Source: Gemmatimonadota bacterium
GTDB lineage: Bacteria; Gemmatimonadota; Gemmatimonadetes; Gemmatimonadales; GWC2-71-9
Assembly (NCBI GenBank): GCA_036679605.1
Contig: JAZDCZ010000419.1
Location: forward strand, 160,001 to 224,000
DNA: 64,000 nucleotides
Direction of reading: 5' to 3'
Shown here one piece after another: positions 1 to 9,900 of this stretch (position 1 is the first letter of the stretch; every line of letters starts with the position of its first letter). Below the pieces are notes generated by a model, which was not told the origin of the DNA, made no database searches, and saw only the letters and a list, made by a program, of their open reading frames with translations. The translations under genes and the position numbers were made by a program.

Positions 1-122
1 AGAAACAACGCCACATCGACAGCCAACATCAGATCCAACGCGACGGGTGACAAGAATCCCAGTAGACCTATCGGAGCGGCGCATGCAAAGACTACGAGCG
101 CCCTCGGAGTCGGAAGTATCAC
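1..122 (-). CDS. 5' part of probable DUF58 protein (runs off window)
   Basis: GTG at 122 overlaps the MoxR stop (GTGA). Translates to hydrophobic MILPTPRALVVFACAAPIGLLGFLSPVALDLMLAVDVALF. DUF58 identity is inferred from its position after MoxR. Confidence 0.6.
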   Translation of the reverse strand, partial: MILPTPRALVVFACAAPIGLLGFLSPVALDLMLAVDVALF

Positions 123-1075
123 GTTGTAGGAGCCTCTATCTGCTCCAGAATCGCTTGCAAGGCGCGATCAGGTGTTACACCCTCGAGTTCCAATTCCGGT
201 GCGACCGTTACCCGGTGCCGAAGCACGGCAGGCGCAAGCGTTTTGACATCGTCTGGGATCACGAAATCGCGATCACCGAGAAGGGCTAGCGCCTGGGAGG
301 TTCTTAGCAACGCCACACACCCGCGCGGGCTCGCCCCAAGCGTCAGCGACGCAGCATCCCGCGTAGCCCGAACTATCTTCGTAATGTATTCCGTGATCGA
401 AGGCTCCACTCTCACCGCTCGCACCGCTTCACGCAGTTTTTCTAGCCCACCGCCGTCGATCACAGCGCTAACCCCATACGTATCTGGAATATCTGCTTCA
501 AATCCCCCTAGGTACTTCGACAATATTTCTTGCTCAACATCTTCCGACGGGTAGCTCACTACCACTTTTAGCATGAAACGATCAAGCTCTGCTTCTGGAA
601 GCGGATACGTGCCTTCAAATTCAATGGGATTTTGGGTCGCAAAAACAGAGAAAACACTAGATAGCGGATGGCTCTTGCCGTCCACTGTCACAGTGCGTTC
701 CTGCATTGCCTCGAGCAGTGCAGCTTGCGTTTTCGCCGGAGCGCGGTTGATCTCGTCCGCCAAAACCAAATCGTGAAAAATCGGACCCGCCTTAAACACA
801 AACTCATGTCCGCCGGTCAGCACAGAAGTGCCGGTTATGTCCGATGGCATAAGATCGGGCGTGAACTGGATGCGTGCATACCCGACGCTGAGCGCCTGCG
901 CCAGGGTTCGCACTAACAAGGTCTTGGCTGTGCCCGGCACTCCCTCCAATAAGACGTGACCGCGGGCCAACAGCGCGATTACACAATCACGGGTCGCCTC
1001 ACTCTGCCCGAGGACCACGCCGCGAACAGCGGCTAGGATCCGCTGTGCTTGCTCCCTAATCTCATTGCTTCCCAC
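119..1075 (-). CDS. moxR: MoxR-family AAA+ ATPase
   Basis: HVLLEGVPGTAKT, RIQFTPDLMPSD, LADEINRAPAKTQAALLEAMQE, ATQNPIEFEGTYPLPEAELDRF. Confidence 0.95.
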   Translation of the reverse strand: MGSNEIREQAQRILAAVRGVVLGQSEATRDCVIALLARGHVLLEGVPGTAKTLLVRTLAQALSVGYARIQFTPDLMPSDITGTSVLTGGHEFVFKAGPIFHDLVLADEINRAPAKTQAALLEAMQERTVTVDGKSHPLSSVFSVFATQNPIEFEGTYPLPEAELDRFMLKVVVSYPSEDVEQEILSKYLGGFEADIPDTYGVSAVIDGGGLEKLREAVRAVRVEPSITEYITKIVRATRDAASLTLGASPRGCVALLRTSQALALLGDRDFVIPDDVKTLAPAVLRHRVTVAPELELEGVTPDRALQAILEQIEAPTT

Positions 1076-2301
1076 ACGTCCTCCACTGATGTTGCGACAT
1101 TGAGCACACCGACTTTGCCGCTTGGTTCATTGATCAACTCCCTGAGGCGTTTGATCTTCTCTCGCGCATCTGTAGTGTGCACCGCCAGATCCAAGTTCTC
1201 TAGCCAACCGGACCCGCTGCCCTTTCTCTTTCGACCTACGCTGCCGCTACGGCCCAACCGCCTCCAAAGTCCAGATACTATGAGGTTGATTGCAGTCGTG
1301 CGTCCGTCTGCCCGCTCCAAGCCCGCGGCCAGTGCTTCCACATGTTCTATCGGCGACCGCCTCCTCCGTTCTATTACCTTGATCGCCGGCCCAAATCGGA
1401 CCGCCACAAATGCCAGGGCAACAAGTCCGGCTGCTGAGAGCTGCAAGATGGACCATCCTCCCGGAGTAGCCAGGATCCAACGCCAGGCAGCGCCAAAGAT
1501 GGAAGGGTGCTCACCGAAACCCTGGTGATATTCGTCGACCACCACTCTCGAAGGGCGAACCTCCAAGATCCAACGCACCACGAGCCGGCCGACATCGGTT
1601 TCCTTCAGCAGACGGTTCGATACCAAGCGCGAGTCTGCCAGTATTGTTACCTGTCCTCCACCGACAAAGCCGAGCCTCATAACGACCGGTGTACCTTCGT
1701 CGGTCGCCAGCAGCGTGTCGGTCTCAGTCGGAAGGAGCACTGGACACCCTACCTGGTCGGGAGCATCTGATACAATTGTAGAATCGTGGGGCACTCTCTC
1801 GAGCACAGCTCGAGCAATGACAGTCGTGTCCGAAGAGAGCTGCAGCGTGCGGGCGGGATCGCTCTGAAACGAGGCAAACTGTCGCACTCGATATCTGAAG
1901 CAGCGTTCGACTTCATTTTGTCCCGCAAGTAGGAGCGAGCCGCCCGCCGCAACATAGTCTCGCACAACACCTAGTTCCACATCTGTAAGAGCAGACCCAA
2001 CGTCGAGCAAGGTTAGGAGTTCAGAACCGTCGCCTACGCTGTCAGAACTCCGGCCCCAGTCGAAAAGCGCTGTTCGACGGGCAACAACGGGCACACCCAG
2101 TTGCTCCAACGCGTCAGCCAGACCTTTCGATCCCCCGGGGCCCGTGAGCAAGATCGACCGGCGCTGGTCTCGGAGCGCCTCTCCGCTCGTTCCCCTACTA
2201 CTGAGCAGTACGGCGGCGATGATACCGAGTGCCGCGAGCGGCAGCAGCAATAGTTCATTGCGTCGCAACGCGGTGCTCCAACCTAGCAGCCGACTCGTCA
2301 A
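1033..2301 (-). CDS. DUF4350-type membrane protein
   Basis: N-terminal TM, VVVDEYHQG motif, second TM then RFGP...EHVEALA; MoxR-cluster context; start uncertain. Confidence 0.75.
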   Translation of the reverse strand: MTSRLLGWSTALRRNELLLLPLAALGIIAAVLLSSRGTSGEALRDQRRSILLTGPGGSKGLADALEQLGVPVVARRTALFDWGRSSDSVGDGSELLTLLDVGSALTDVELGVVRDYVAAGGSLLLAGQNEVERCFRYRVRQFASFQSDPARTLQLSSDTTVIARAVLERVPHDSTIVSDAPDQVGCPVLLPTETDTLLATDEGTPVVMRLGFVGGGQVTILADSRLVSNRLLKETDVGRLVVRWILEVRPSRVVVDEYHQGFGEHPSIFGAAWRWILATPGGWSILQLSAAGLVALAFVAVRFGPAIKVIERRRRSPIEHVEALAAGLERADGRTTAINLIVSGLWRRLGRSGSVGRKRKGSGSGWLENLDLAVHTTDAREKIKRLRELINEPSGKVGVLNVATSVEDVWEAMRLGSKHSGS

Positions 2302-2875
2302 ACCTCACAGCATCATGTTCCGCGCACGACAATCCTCCGAAGAGATGCTTGTAGAGAACCTCGACTAGATCTCCCAACATGCCCTTGTCGGCTTTGCCTA
2401 ATCGGGCCTCGGCAAGATATTCAGCGGGAGTCTTGGAAGGATGAAAACTGAGCGCATGACGTCTGTTGAGAATCAGGGCCATGGCTCTGAAACGATGTGC
2501 CATCGCCTCGACAAATCGACCATCTGCAACTGCACGTTGTGATTCACGAAGATACCAATCTATATCTCGTATCGGCGCCGCCTTCTGCATCGTAAGTCGC
2601 TTCTTCCCGTCGAGAGGGTGGAACACGCGCCACAGGATGTATCCAAAGTGCGAGAGAATTGCGATCAAGACTACGGTGAGTACACCCAGCAAGACCCAAT
2701 ATGCGATTGGATGTGCGTTCTCTAGTGCTCCAAAGGCCGCCATGACGCTACCCCAATACTCACCCAGTTTGCTGAGCAGATTCGGGCTCCGCCACTGGTA
2801 CTCAGGCGCCATGAATACGTCAGCTAGAACGGTCTCGATGGAATCGGATGTCACCTGCTGTGTGAGCAACGTCAC
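2255..2875 (-). CDS. DUF4129-domain membrane protein
   Basis: One TM, then GRFVEA...SKTPAEY...YKHLFGG, typical of DUF4129. Confidence 0.75.
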   Translation of the reverse strand: MTLLTQQVTSDSIETVLADVFMAPEYQWRSPNLLSKLGEYWGSVMAAFGALENAHPIAYWVLLGVLTVVLIAILSHFGYILWRVFHPLDGKKRLTMQKAAPIRDIDWYLRESQRAVADGRFVEAMAHRFRAMALILNRRHALSFHPSKTPAEYLAEARLGKADKGMLGDLVEVLYKHLFGGLSCAEHDAVRFDESAARLEHRVATQ

Positions 2876-3708
2876 TCCCCGAATGGATCAAGCCCGAGCT
2901 GTTGCCCAAGGTGTTCTATATCGAAGGCTTCATGCCGAACACGTAGATCGTAGTAAAGCAGCGTAAACGTGCAGGCAAAGATGGGATAGATAATAAGTTG
3001 GAGAAAACCCCCTGCCGCGGTGATAACAACCTCCAATGCTGGGACGAGCAATACTAGAACAGTTGCTGCCAAATAGGGGACAGTAAACAGCATCAGCAGA
3101 ACTACTCCGAGTCCGAACGCCTTCTTCTTGAAGCCCTTAGTAAGAGACCACGATCTACCTAGTGCACCCGTCGCCGAGGTCTCCTCCTCCAACACGACTG
3201 CCTGCGTGACGACCGCATAACCGGAAGCGATGACGACGGCAGCCACTAGACCCAAGACGCCTGTCACTAACGCTACTATCCCCCCGAGCACCGAGGCTCC
3301 TCCGACCGCAACGGTAACGCCGCCAACTAAGATGGGAACCGCGGAGACCAACACGATAACCAAGTATTTGGCGAGGCCCGCAATAAATATCTTCGACATC
3401 TTGGTGAGCGCGAACCGCAGTGCCTCGCCAAACCTAGGGTCAACACCCAGATACACTTGCGAGATCACTAACACCGTTGCGCCGGCGCCGATCAACCCGC
3501 CAACACTCAGTAGCAGCACCCAAAGCAACAGGATGAACGGATTTACAAACTCGAGACCGACGGCCGTAACATAGACGTTCAGAATCGTCGGAATACCCGT
3601 TGTCACAACCGCAATCCCTACCAGAAGTGCAAAGTTGCGGCGATAAATGGCGAACGCTCCATCGATGATCTCACCGAAGGACATCTCACGAATCTCGTAA
3701 CTGGCCAT
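2872..3708 (-). CDS. Polytopic membrane protein of the MoxR cluster
   Basis: REMSFGEIIDGAFAIYRRNF start, ALGRSWSLTKG, TLLYYDLRVRHEAFDI end; about 6 TM segments. Confidence 0.8.
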   Translation of the reverse strand: MASYEIREMSFGEIIDGAFAIYRRNFALLVGIAVVTTGIPTILNVYVTAVGLEFVNPFILLLWVLLLSVGGLIGAGATVLVISQVYLGVDPRFGEALRFALTKMSKIFIAGLAKYLVIVLVSAVPILVGGVTVAVGGASVLGGIVALVTGVLGLVAAVVIASGYAVVTQAVVLEEETSATGALGRSWSLTKGFKKKAFGLGVVLLMLFTVPYLAATVLVLLVPALEVVITAAGGFLQLIIYPIFACTFTLLYYDLRVRHEAFDIEHLGQQLGLDPFGE

Positions 3709-3739
3709 GATCCTCCTCTCGCGATAAGATGCAAGCTAT

Positions 3740-5539
3740 ATGGCGCGAGCGCGACCCCCTGTTCACCCACAGTTCTCCCGTCGAATAGCGGTCGAGACAC
3801 CCGAACATGTTGTCCTTGAATTCGAGTTGGCAGGTCTTGGGTCACGTACCGCCGCCGCGCTATACGATTTTGTAATCCTGCTGACGATCCTGTTCATAGT
3901 AACTGTCATAGCCGCATTGACCGACCTTCTCACCGGAGCATCGAGCGGCTGGGCAACCGCCGTACTGATTCTTATCTCCTTCATGCTGCTCTGGGGATAT
4001 TTCGTGGTGTTTGAGGGTTTGCGGCACGGCCGCACACCCGGAAAGAAATTGCTTGGCATCCGAGTCGTAATGGAGACTGGCCATCCCATCACTTTTCAGG
4101 CGGCCGTGACCAGGAACCTTTTGAGACTCGTCGACTTCCAGCCCGCAGCAGTCCCCTTGGTCGGATTGCTCCTGCTGTTCTTCCACCGGCACAACAAGCG
4201 GCTGGGCGACATCGTTGCGGGAACCATCGTAGTTCGTGATCAGCCCATGAACGCGATGATTCCCTCACCTAGCCCAACCGCGCAGTTGGTGCTCGAAGCC
4301 GGCGCTCCACTGCTTTCAGATCAAGAGTTCCGTTTGCTCGAACAATATCTTAGTCGTATCGATTCCCTGGCTGCTCAGGTGCAGATTCGCCTCGGTGTTG
4401 ACCTCGCGAGACGGTTTGCCGATCGATTTCCCGAGCGCGATCCGAGAACGAAGGTCTTTCTTACAGAACTTTACGACACAGAGCGGCAAAGACGGACCAG
4501 CCTCAGCGCCACACGAAAAACGAAAGGGTCTGCACACGTAGCGGCAGCAGCGGAACGGTTTGTAGCTGCACGACAACATGAATGGGATCTCTTCCTTAGT
4601 CGCGCCAACCGGTTGCAGAAAGCTGGGCTCAAACAGCTAAACGGCAGCGAGGTGGTCAAGTTTGCCACGCAGTACCGCGAAGTGGCTGCGGACCTAGCTC
4701 GAGCAAGAACCTACGGGGCCGACAGAAAGGTCACTGAATATCTCGCGCGAGTAGTAAGCACGGGCCACAACGTTCTCTACGGCCTACGCGGGGTTGGACG
4801 CATATCCATCGCAAAGCTGGTCTTTCAGAGTTTCCCTGCTGCCGTCGTAGAGGCGCGCAGCTATGTTATCGCTGCATTCCTGTTGTTCGCAGTCTCTGGG
4901 GTTACTGGTTTCGCCCTGATACGAGAACGACCTTCTCTTGCCCGGCAGATCATGCCGCCCATCGTTGTGGCCAGGGCCGAGGCCGGAGCCCAACAGCAGT
5001 CAAAGGGGCGCGGCTACGCGCAGGCCCCATCTCCCTATCTCCCTGTTGTAGCATCCAGCATTGTGGCCAACAATGTCCAAGTGGCATTCGGCGCCTTCGC
5101 TTTCGGAATCACGGCCGGAATAGGAACGCTTATTGTACTGGTGTTTAACGGCTTGTTCTTCGGTTCGGTCATCGGCCTGTTTGCCAATTACGGTCTAGCC
5201 GGTTGGCTGCTGACTTTCGTGGCGGCCCACGGCGTACTCGAGCTGTCAGCCATCTTCATAGCCGGCGGCGCGGGGTTGCTAATCGGACGCGCAATCATAG
5301 CGCCCGGCGACAGCACCCGCGGTGACGCCCTCGTCCTACACGGCCGACAGGCCATAAGAATGGTGGGAGCATCGACCTCTCTCCTCCTTCTAGCCGGCAC
5401 AATAGAAGGTTTCCTTTCGGCCAGCGACGAGTCCGTAGCAGTGAAGCTGGCAGTGAGTGCCGCGACTACCCTATTGCTCACACTCTACCTTTTGGCAGGC
5501 CGATCGGCCCTCATCCGAGATATTCGCGCAGGCCGCTGA
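3740..5539 (+). CDS. RDD domain fused to SpoIIM/DUF95-like membrane domain
   Basis: RDD motifs ETPEHV..LAGLGSR, GRTPGK, RNLLRLVD, KRLGDIVAGT; C-terminal YREVAADLARART, NNVQVAF, HGVLELSAI. Confidence 0.85.
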   Translation: MARARPPVHPQFSRRIAVETPEHVVLEFELAGLGSRTAAALYDFVILLTILFIVTVIAALTDLLTGASSGWATAVLILISFMLLWGYFVVFEGLRHGRTPGKKLLGIRVVMETGHPITFQAAVTRNLLRLVDFQPAAVPLVGLLLLFFHRHNKRLGDIVAGTIVVRDQPMNAMIPSPSPTAQLVLEAGAPLLSDQEFRLLEQYLSRIDSLAAQVQIRLGVDLARRFADRFPERDPRTKVFLTELYDTERQRRTSLSATRKTKGSAHVAAAAERFVAARQHEWDLFLSRANRLQKAGLKQLNGSEVVKFATQYREVAADLARARTYGADRKVTEYLARVVSTGHNVLYGLRGVGRISIAKLVFQSFPAAVVEARSYVIAAFLLFAVSGVTGFALIRERPSLARQIMPPIVVARAEAGAQQQSKGRGYAQAPSPYLPVVASSIVANNVQVAFGAFAFGITAGIGTLIVLVFNGLFFGSVIGLFANYGLAGWLLTFVAAHGVLELSAIFIAGGAGLLIGRAIIAPGDSTRGDALVLHGRQAIRMVGASTSLLLLAGTIEGFLSASDESVAVKLAVSAATTLLLTLYLLAGRSALIRDIRAGR

Positions 5540-5560
5540 GCAGACCAAAGGTTCTCATCT

Positions 5561-5597
5561 TGTTCGCTTCTGGGACGCACTATCCCAATAGCGGACG
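5561..5597 (+). promoter_or_regulatory. Paired 17-bp imperfect palindromes, putative enhancer (UAS) for a sigma-54 activator
   Basis: TGTTCG-N5-GGGACG (5561-5577) and TATCCC-N5-CGGACG (5581-5597), 109 bp upstream of a -24 box; a similar pair lies at 8632-8669. Confidence 0.6.
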
Positions 5598-5642
5598 GAA
5601 CTCCCCTGAGCCCGCCGCGGAACAGTCACGTAACTATTTATA

Positions 5643-5655
5643 AATCAACAAGTTA
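5643..5655 (+). promoter_or_regulatory. IHF-like binding site
   Basis: AATCAACAAGTTA matches WATCAANNNNTTR and lies between the UAS and the sigma-54 promoter. Confidence 0.65.
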
Positions 5656-5669
5656 TAGTAGAGCCCGAA

Positions 5670-5684
5670 TGGCACATTGGTTGC
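5670..5684 (+). promoter_or_regulatory. Sigma-54 (-24/-12) promoter
   Basis: TGGCAC-ATTGG-TTGC, a consensus match. Confidence 0.85.
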
Positions 5685-5757
5685 CAATGAAACCATTACC
5701 ATACTTGCCACGTCAAACTAGACAGATGGATCGGAAACCGAAGGAGAAGTCTCCCTG

Positions 5758-7011
5758 ATGGACATTGCAAGAGAACCGCCCCCGAAGCGAAAGAAATACA
5801 TCCCCGTCGGCATCGCGTTCGCCGCCGTGGTTCTGACTACGATTGGTCTGTCCAGGCTCAAGCCGGCAGCCCCAACCGTTGACGGAGCTACCATCTGGAT
5901 GGACACGGTCGAGCAAGGGCAGATGCTGATCCAGGTTAGGGGACCCGGCAATTTGGTGCCGGAGCTGATCCGTTGGATCCCTGCCGAAACAGCGGGCCGG
6001 GTAGAACGAAAGCTCGTGCAACCCGGCACCGAGGTCACGGCACAGACGCTGCTGGTCGAGTTGAGCAATCCTGATGTCCAGCTGCAACTGCTGGAGTCGG
6101 AGCGACAGTTGTCCGCGGCCCAACAACAACTCGTGACGCTCCAGGCAAACTTGGAGACGCAACGTCTTAATCAAGAGGGCCTCATTGCACAAATGCGTTC
6201 GCAGAGAAACGAGGCGAAACGCAATGCTACCGCGCTGCAGGAATTATCCAAGAAGGGTGAGGGATTCGTCTCGGATACAGAACTTCAAAACGCTCTCGAC
6301 CGAGCTGTGGAGTTCGAGACCCGCCTCGGACTCGAAATAAAGCGTCATGAGGTTATGCAGAAATCCGAAGAACCTCAGCTTCGCGTACAACGCGACCAGA
6401 TAGAAAGACTGGACGGCATCGTAGCGTTCCAGAAACAGCGCATCGAATCGATGCAGGTCCGGGCCGGTATTGACGGTGTCCTCCAAGAAATGGATCTAGA
6501 GGAAGGCCAGTGGGTGCAGAATGGACAGACATTGGCACGTGTGGTCGTGCCAGGTCGATTGAAGGCGGAATTGCGGATTCCACAAACTCAGGCAAGAGAC
6601 ATCGCGCTCGGACAGCTGGCGCTTGTTGATACACGAACCGATTCCATCATGGGCCAAATCGTCCGCATCGACCCCGCTGCCGCAGAGGGAGTCGTGGTGG
6701 TCGATGTGGCGCTACCGAGAGACCTTCCACGGAGCGCGCGCCCTGGTCTAGCAGTTGAGGGAATTGTGGAGATAGCGAGGTTGGATGACGTGTTCTACGT
6801 CGGACGACCGGCCTACGGTCAGGCTCATAGCACCGTGGGAATATTCAAGTTGGTGGAGGGGGGGAGTTACGCTGAGCGTGTCAACGTGAAATTGGGCCGT
6901 AGCTCGGTTAGTACCGTTGAAATAACCGCCGGACTCAGAGTTGGTGACATTGTCATCCTTACGGACATGTCACAGTGGGACGCATACGATCGTGTGCGAA
7001 TCGGCGGATAG
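5758..7011 (+). CDS. MacA/HlyD-type periplasmic adaptor subunit
   Basis: N-terminal TM, lipoyl halves (GRVERKLVQPG, VRAGIDG), coiled-coil hairpin, VKLGRSS...GLRVGD. Confidence 0.9.
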   Translation: MDIAREPPPKRKKYIPVGIAFAAVVLTTIGLSRLKPAAPTVDGATIWMDTVEQGQMLIQVRGPGNLVPELIRWIPAETAGRVERKLVQPGTEVTAQTLLVELSNPDVQLQLLESERQLSAAQQQLVTLQANLETQRLNQEGLIAQMRSQRNEAKRNATALQELSKKGEGFVSDTELQNALDRAVEFETRLGLEIKRHEVMQKSEEPQLRVQRDQIERLDGIVAFQKQRIESMQVRAGIDGVLQEMDLEEGQWVQNGQTLARVVVPGRLKAELRIPQTQARDIALGQLALVDTRTDSIMGQIVRIDPAAAEGVVVVDVALPRDLPRSARPGLAVEGIVEIARLDDVFYVGRPAYGQAHSTVGIFKLVEGGSYAERVNVKLGRSSVSTVEITAGLRVGDIVILTDMSQWDAYDRVRIGG

Positions 7012-7046
7012 AGAATTCAATCACTGGAAGGAATAGGGAAATCGTC

Positions 7047-7796
7047 ATGGAGAATCAGAAAGAGTCGCTGATCAAGCTCGATGGAGTAAAGAAGGTATTT
7101 TACACCGACGAAGTAGAGACACACGCACTCGCAGAAATCCACCTGGATATCCGCGAGGGTGAGTACGTCGCCATCGCGGGCCCCTCGGGTTGCGGCAAGA
7201 CCACACTCCTGTCGATTCTTGGTCTACTCGACACGCCTTCGGATGGGCAGTATACCCTAGCCGGAACCCCGGTCGCCAACATCTCGGCTTCACAGCGCGC
7301 CCGAATCAGGAATCGCCAGATCGGCTTCATCTTTCAGGCATTCAACCTGATCGGCGATCTGACCGTGTATGAGAACGTCGAGCTACCGCTCACCTACCGC
7401 GACATGCCTTCGGCTGAACGGAAAAAGCGCGTACAGGAGGCGCTCGAAAAGGTGGGCATGTCTCACCGCATGAAGCACTATCCGTCTCAGCTCTCCGGTG
7501 GTCAGCAGCAGCGCGTAGCAGTCGCCCGCTCGGTGGCCGGTGATCCAGCAATTCTGCTGGCCGACGAGCCTACGGGGAACCTGGACTCGACTAACGGCGA
7601 GGCTGTGATGCAGCTACTGAGCGACCTACACCGCGAAGGAGCAACCATCTGCATGGTCACACACGATCCACGTTACGCCGAGTACTCCGACCGCGGTATC
7701 CACTTGTTCGATGGTCGGGTTGTCGAGGACGAATCAGGCGACCGTGCGAAAGAGCACGAAAAGAAGCTCGAGGAAAGCGGTTTTGAAATGGCTTGA
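7047..7796 (+). CDS. MacB/LolD-type ABC ATP-binding protein
   Basis: [34 protein letters not shown]; start placed at ATG 7047. Confidence 0.95.
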   Translation: MENQKESLIKLDGVKKVFYTDEVETHALAEIHLDIREGEYVAIAGPSGCGKTTLLSILGLLDTPSDGQYTLAGTPVANISASQRARIRNRQIGFIFQAFNLIGDLTVYENVELPLTYRDMPSAERKKRVQEALEKVGMSHRMKHYPSQLSGGQQQRVAVARSVAGDPAILLADEPTGNLDSTNGEAVMQLLSDLHREGATICMVTHDPRYAEYSDRGIHLFDGRVVEDESGDRAKEHEKKLEESGFEMA

Positions 7797-7866
7797 ACAA
7801 GAGCGGGCCACAGGGAGGGTAGCTCGCAGGCAATGGCCGCGGGCTGCCGGCTCGCTCCCAATCAAT

Positions 7867-7904
7867 CAAAACAGCCACCGGCATTTCAACCGGTGGCTGT
7901 TTTG
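7867..7904. terminator. Bidirectional intrinsic terminator
   Basis: CAAAACAGCCACCGG-catttcaa-CCGGTGGCTGTTTTG between convergent genes. Confidence 0.85.
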
Positions 7905-7935
7905 GCAATTGACATAACCGCTGCTCGAGGATGTC

Positions 7936-8541
7936 CTAACCGGATGCCTTGAGCGCAACCTTTACCTGCGTATTCTCCCACTCAAGCAACAATGTAGCCT
8001 CTCCCTCCGATTTGGCCTCCAAACGCATGGTGAACTTCTCTACGTGGTGCTCGAGGTGAGTGCTCATGACTTTGATTCGGCCGACCTCCTGAGTCTGGAC
8101 TTCCTCGGTGTAGTTGCGCTCGGCACCCCACTGAGTGAGAGAGCGGTTAACAATCACCTCCCACTCATGCTCACCCGGAACTGTGTAGAACGAATAGGTC
8201 CCCGGACCAACGTGCACGTCACCAATATCAAGCCCAACCGTGGTATGGACCATGGTCGGCTCGTTGGCACCCGTTCTCCAGATCTCGCCGAACGGCACAT
8301 TGGCACCACCAATCATCGTGCGACCCCGAGCTGACGGACGGCCGTAGCAGACTTTGACTGATCCGCCACCAATCCTCAGCGAAACGGAATCCAACGGACT
8401 TGGACGGCTATCGAAGCCTCTTGTGTTCATGATGATACAGGCTGTATCGGCCGCCGCTGATTCGAGATCGAACGCCAGGTGTCCGCCTCCCACGGCGGAG
8501 GCCGAGAAGAGCGACAAGGCCATGCTAATTGAAATCAACAA
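7936..8541 (-). CDS. DUF2911-domain exported protein
   Basis: Signal peptide, RPSP, YGRPSARGR, VPFGEIWRTGANEPT, LEWENT. Confidence 0.85.
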   Translation of the reverse strand: MLISISMALSLFSASAVGGGHLAFDLESAAADTACIIMNTRGFDSRPSPLDSVSLRIGGGSVKVCYGRPSARGRTMIGGANVPFGEIWRTGANEPTMVHTTVGLDIGDVHVGPGTYSFYTVPGEHEWEVIVNRSLTQWGAERNYTEEVQTQEVGRIKVMSTHLEHHVEKFTMRLEAKSEGEATLLLEWENTQVKVALKASG

Positions 8542-8631
8542 AACCTCCAGGGTGAATCACTTGGACATCACAATCGGAGACGGCAAGGGAAACTAGCCGC
8601 GCAGACCCTTCCCTGCCAACACTGCCGTTGG

Positions 8632-8669
8632 TGTCCGTTATTGGGACAGCATGATTCCGGGATCGGACA
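8632..8669 (+). promoter_or_regulatory. Paired 17-bp boxes, putative UAS for a sigma-54 activator
   Basis: TGTCCG-N5-GGGACA (8632-8648) and GATTCC-N5-CGGACA (8653-8669), 111 bp upstream of a -24 box. Confidence 0.6.
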
Positions 8670-8742
8670 AGGTGGTCAATGGATGCTCGTTGTGAAACCA
8701 TGTAAGTGTAGGTTACGTAGGGCGTTATGTGCAACCCGAAGC

Positions 8743-8757
8743 TGGCACAACCTTTGC
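8743..8757 (+). promoter_or_regulatory. Sigma-54 (-24/-12) promoter
   Basis: TGGCAC-AACCT-TTGC, ending 57 bp upstream of the kinase ATG. Confidence 0.8.
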
Positions 8758-8813
8758 CTCTTGAGGCAACAGCTAGAATTGAGACGCAGACTAGACAGAA
8801 GCATGAGGAATAG

Positions 8814-9800
8814 ATGGTTATTGAGAGTCAGGCCTTGAAGAATGCGCGACAGCGGGCGAGCGGAGCAACTTCGCCGGCTGTCGCGCACCTATTGGCCCGA
8901 CTTTCCGATCGCTACGCCGTTGACCGCAAGCTCGGTCAGGGGGGAATGGGAGTTGTCTATTTGGCACGTGATGCCAAGCTAGGCAGACGCGTAGCTGTAA
9001 AGGTTCTCGATCCCGTGGTGTGCCAGCAGATCGGCCAAGATCGGTTCCTCAGAGAGATCAGGCTGACAGCGAGTCTGCAGCACCCTCACATTCTACCTGT
9101 CCTCGACTCTGGCTGTATTGATGGTGTTTTGTACCATATCACGCCGTATGTAGCAGAGGGCTCTCTCTATGCCCTTTTGCAGCGGACTGGTCGGCTGTCA
9201 CTCGAACGCGTGAAAGGGATCGCGTTAGATTTGCTGGGGGCACTCGATTATGCCCACGCCGAGGGAATCGTTCATTGCGACATCAAGCCAGAGAACATTC
9301 TGCTGTCCAATGGCCACGCGATTCTCACCGACTTCGGGATAGCCCGCACCATGAGTTCACTATCACCAAATGAGAATGGCGATGTTTGGGGTAGCCCGGT
9401 GTACATGAGCCCGGAGCAGGCGAGCGGAGAGATGGACCTCGACGGTCGGAGCGACTTGTACAGCCTGGCCTGCGTGATACACGAAATGCTCGTGGGTTCA
9501 CCGCCGTTCACGGGAGGCAGTGCCCAGGCGGTCATCGCGAAGAAATTCAGCGCTCCTGCGCCCGACTGCAGTGCGCTTGCTGCCAGGGTCCCACCTCTAG
9601 TTGCCGCAGCCGTAGTCCGTGCCTTGAGTGTAGATCCGGCTCATAGATTCACCACAGCTGACGCGTTCGCAGCCGGGCTCGCTAAGCGCGCAGAGAAGCT
9701 TGCTTGGCACCAACAAATGTCGTTCACCAGGTGGCGACCAGTGGTGGCCAGTGTCCTCGCGTGCGCCACGTTGGCCGCAGCACTGTCGTTCCTAGCCTAA
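8814..9800 (+). CDS. Hanks-type Ser/Thr protein kinase with C-terminal membrane anchor
   Basis: LGQGGMGVV, VAVK, HCDIKPEN, DFG, GSPVYMSPE, SDLYSL; hydrophobic C-terminus. Confidence 0.93.
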   Translation: MVIESQALKNARQRASGATSPAVAHLLARLSDRYAVDRKLGQGGMGVVYLARDAKLGRRVAVKVLDPVVCQQIGQDRFLREIRLTASLQHPHILPVLDSGCIDGVLYHITPYVAEGSLYALLQRTGRLSLERVKGIALDLLGALDYAHAEGIVHCDIKPENILLSNGHAILTDFGIARTMSSLSPNENGDVWGSPVYMSPEQASGEMDLDGRSDLYSLACVIHEMLVGSPPFTGGSAQAVIAKKFSAPAPDCSALAARVPPLVAAAVVRALSVDPAHRFTTADAFAAGLAKRAEKLAWHQQMSFTRWRPVVASVLACATLAAALSFLA

Positions 9801-9900
9801 TCTAGCTGTAGCGGCCTGGCCTGATTGCCTCGGGCCGGCAAACGGTTTAGCGTCCTCATGTTAACCACCAATAAGATTCTGTCCCTCGCGAGGATTGAGA

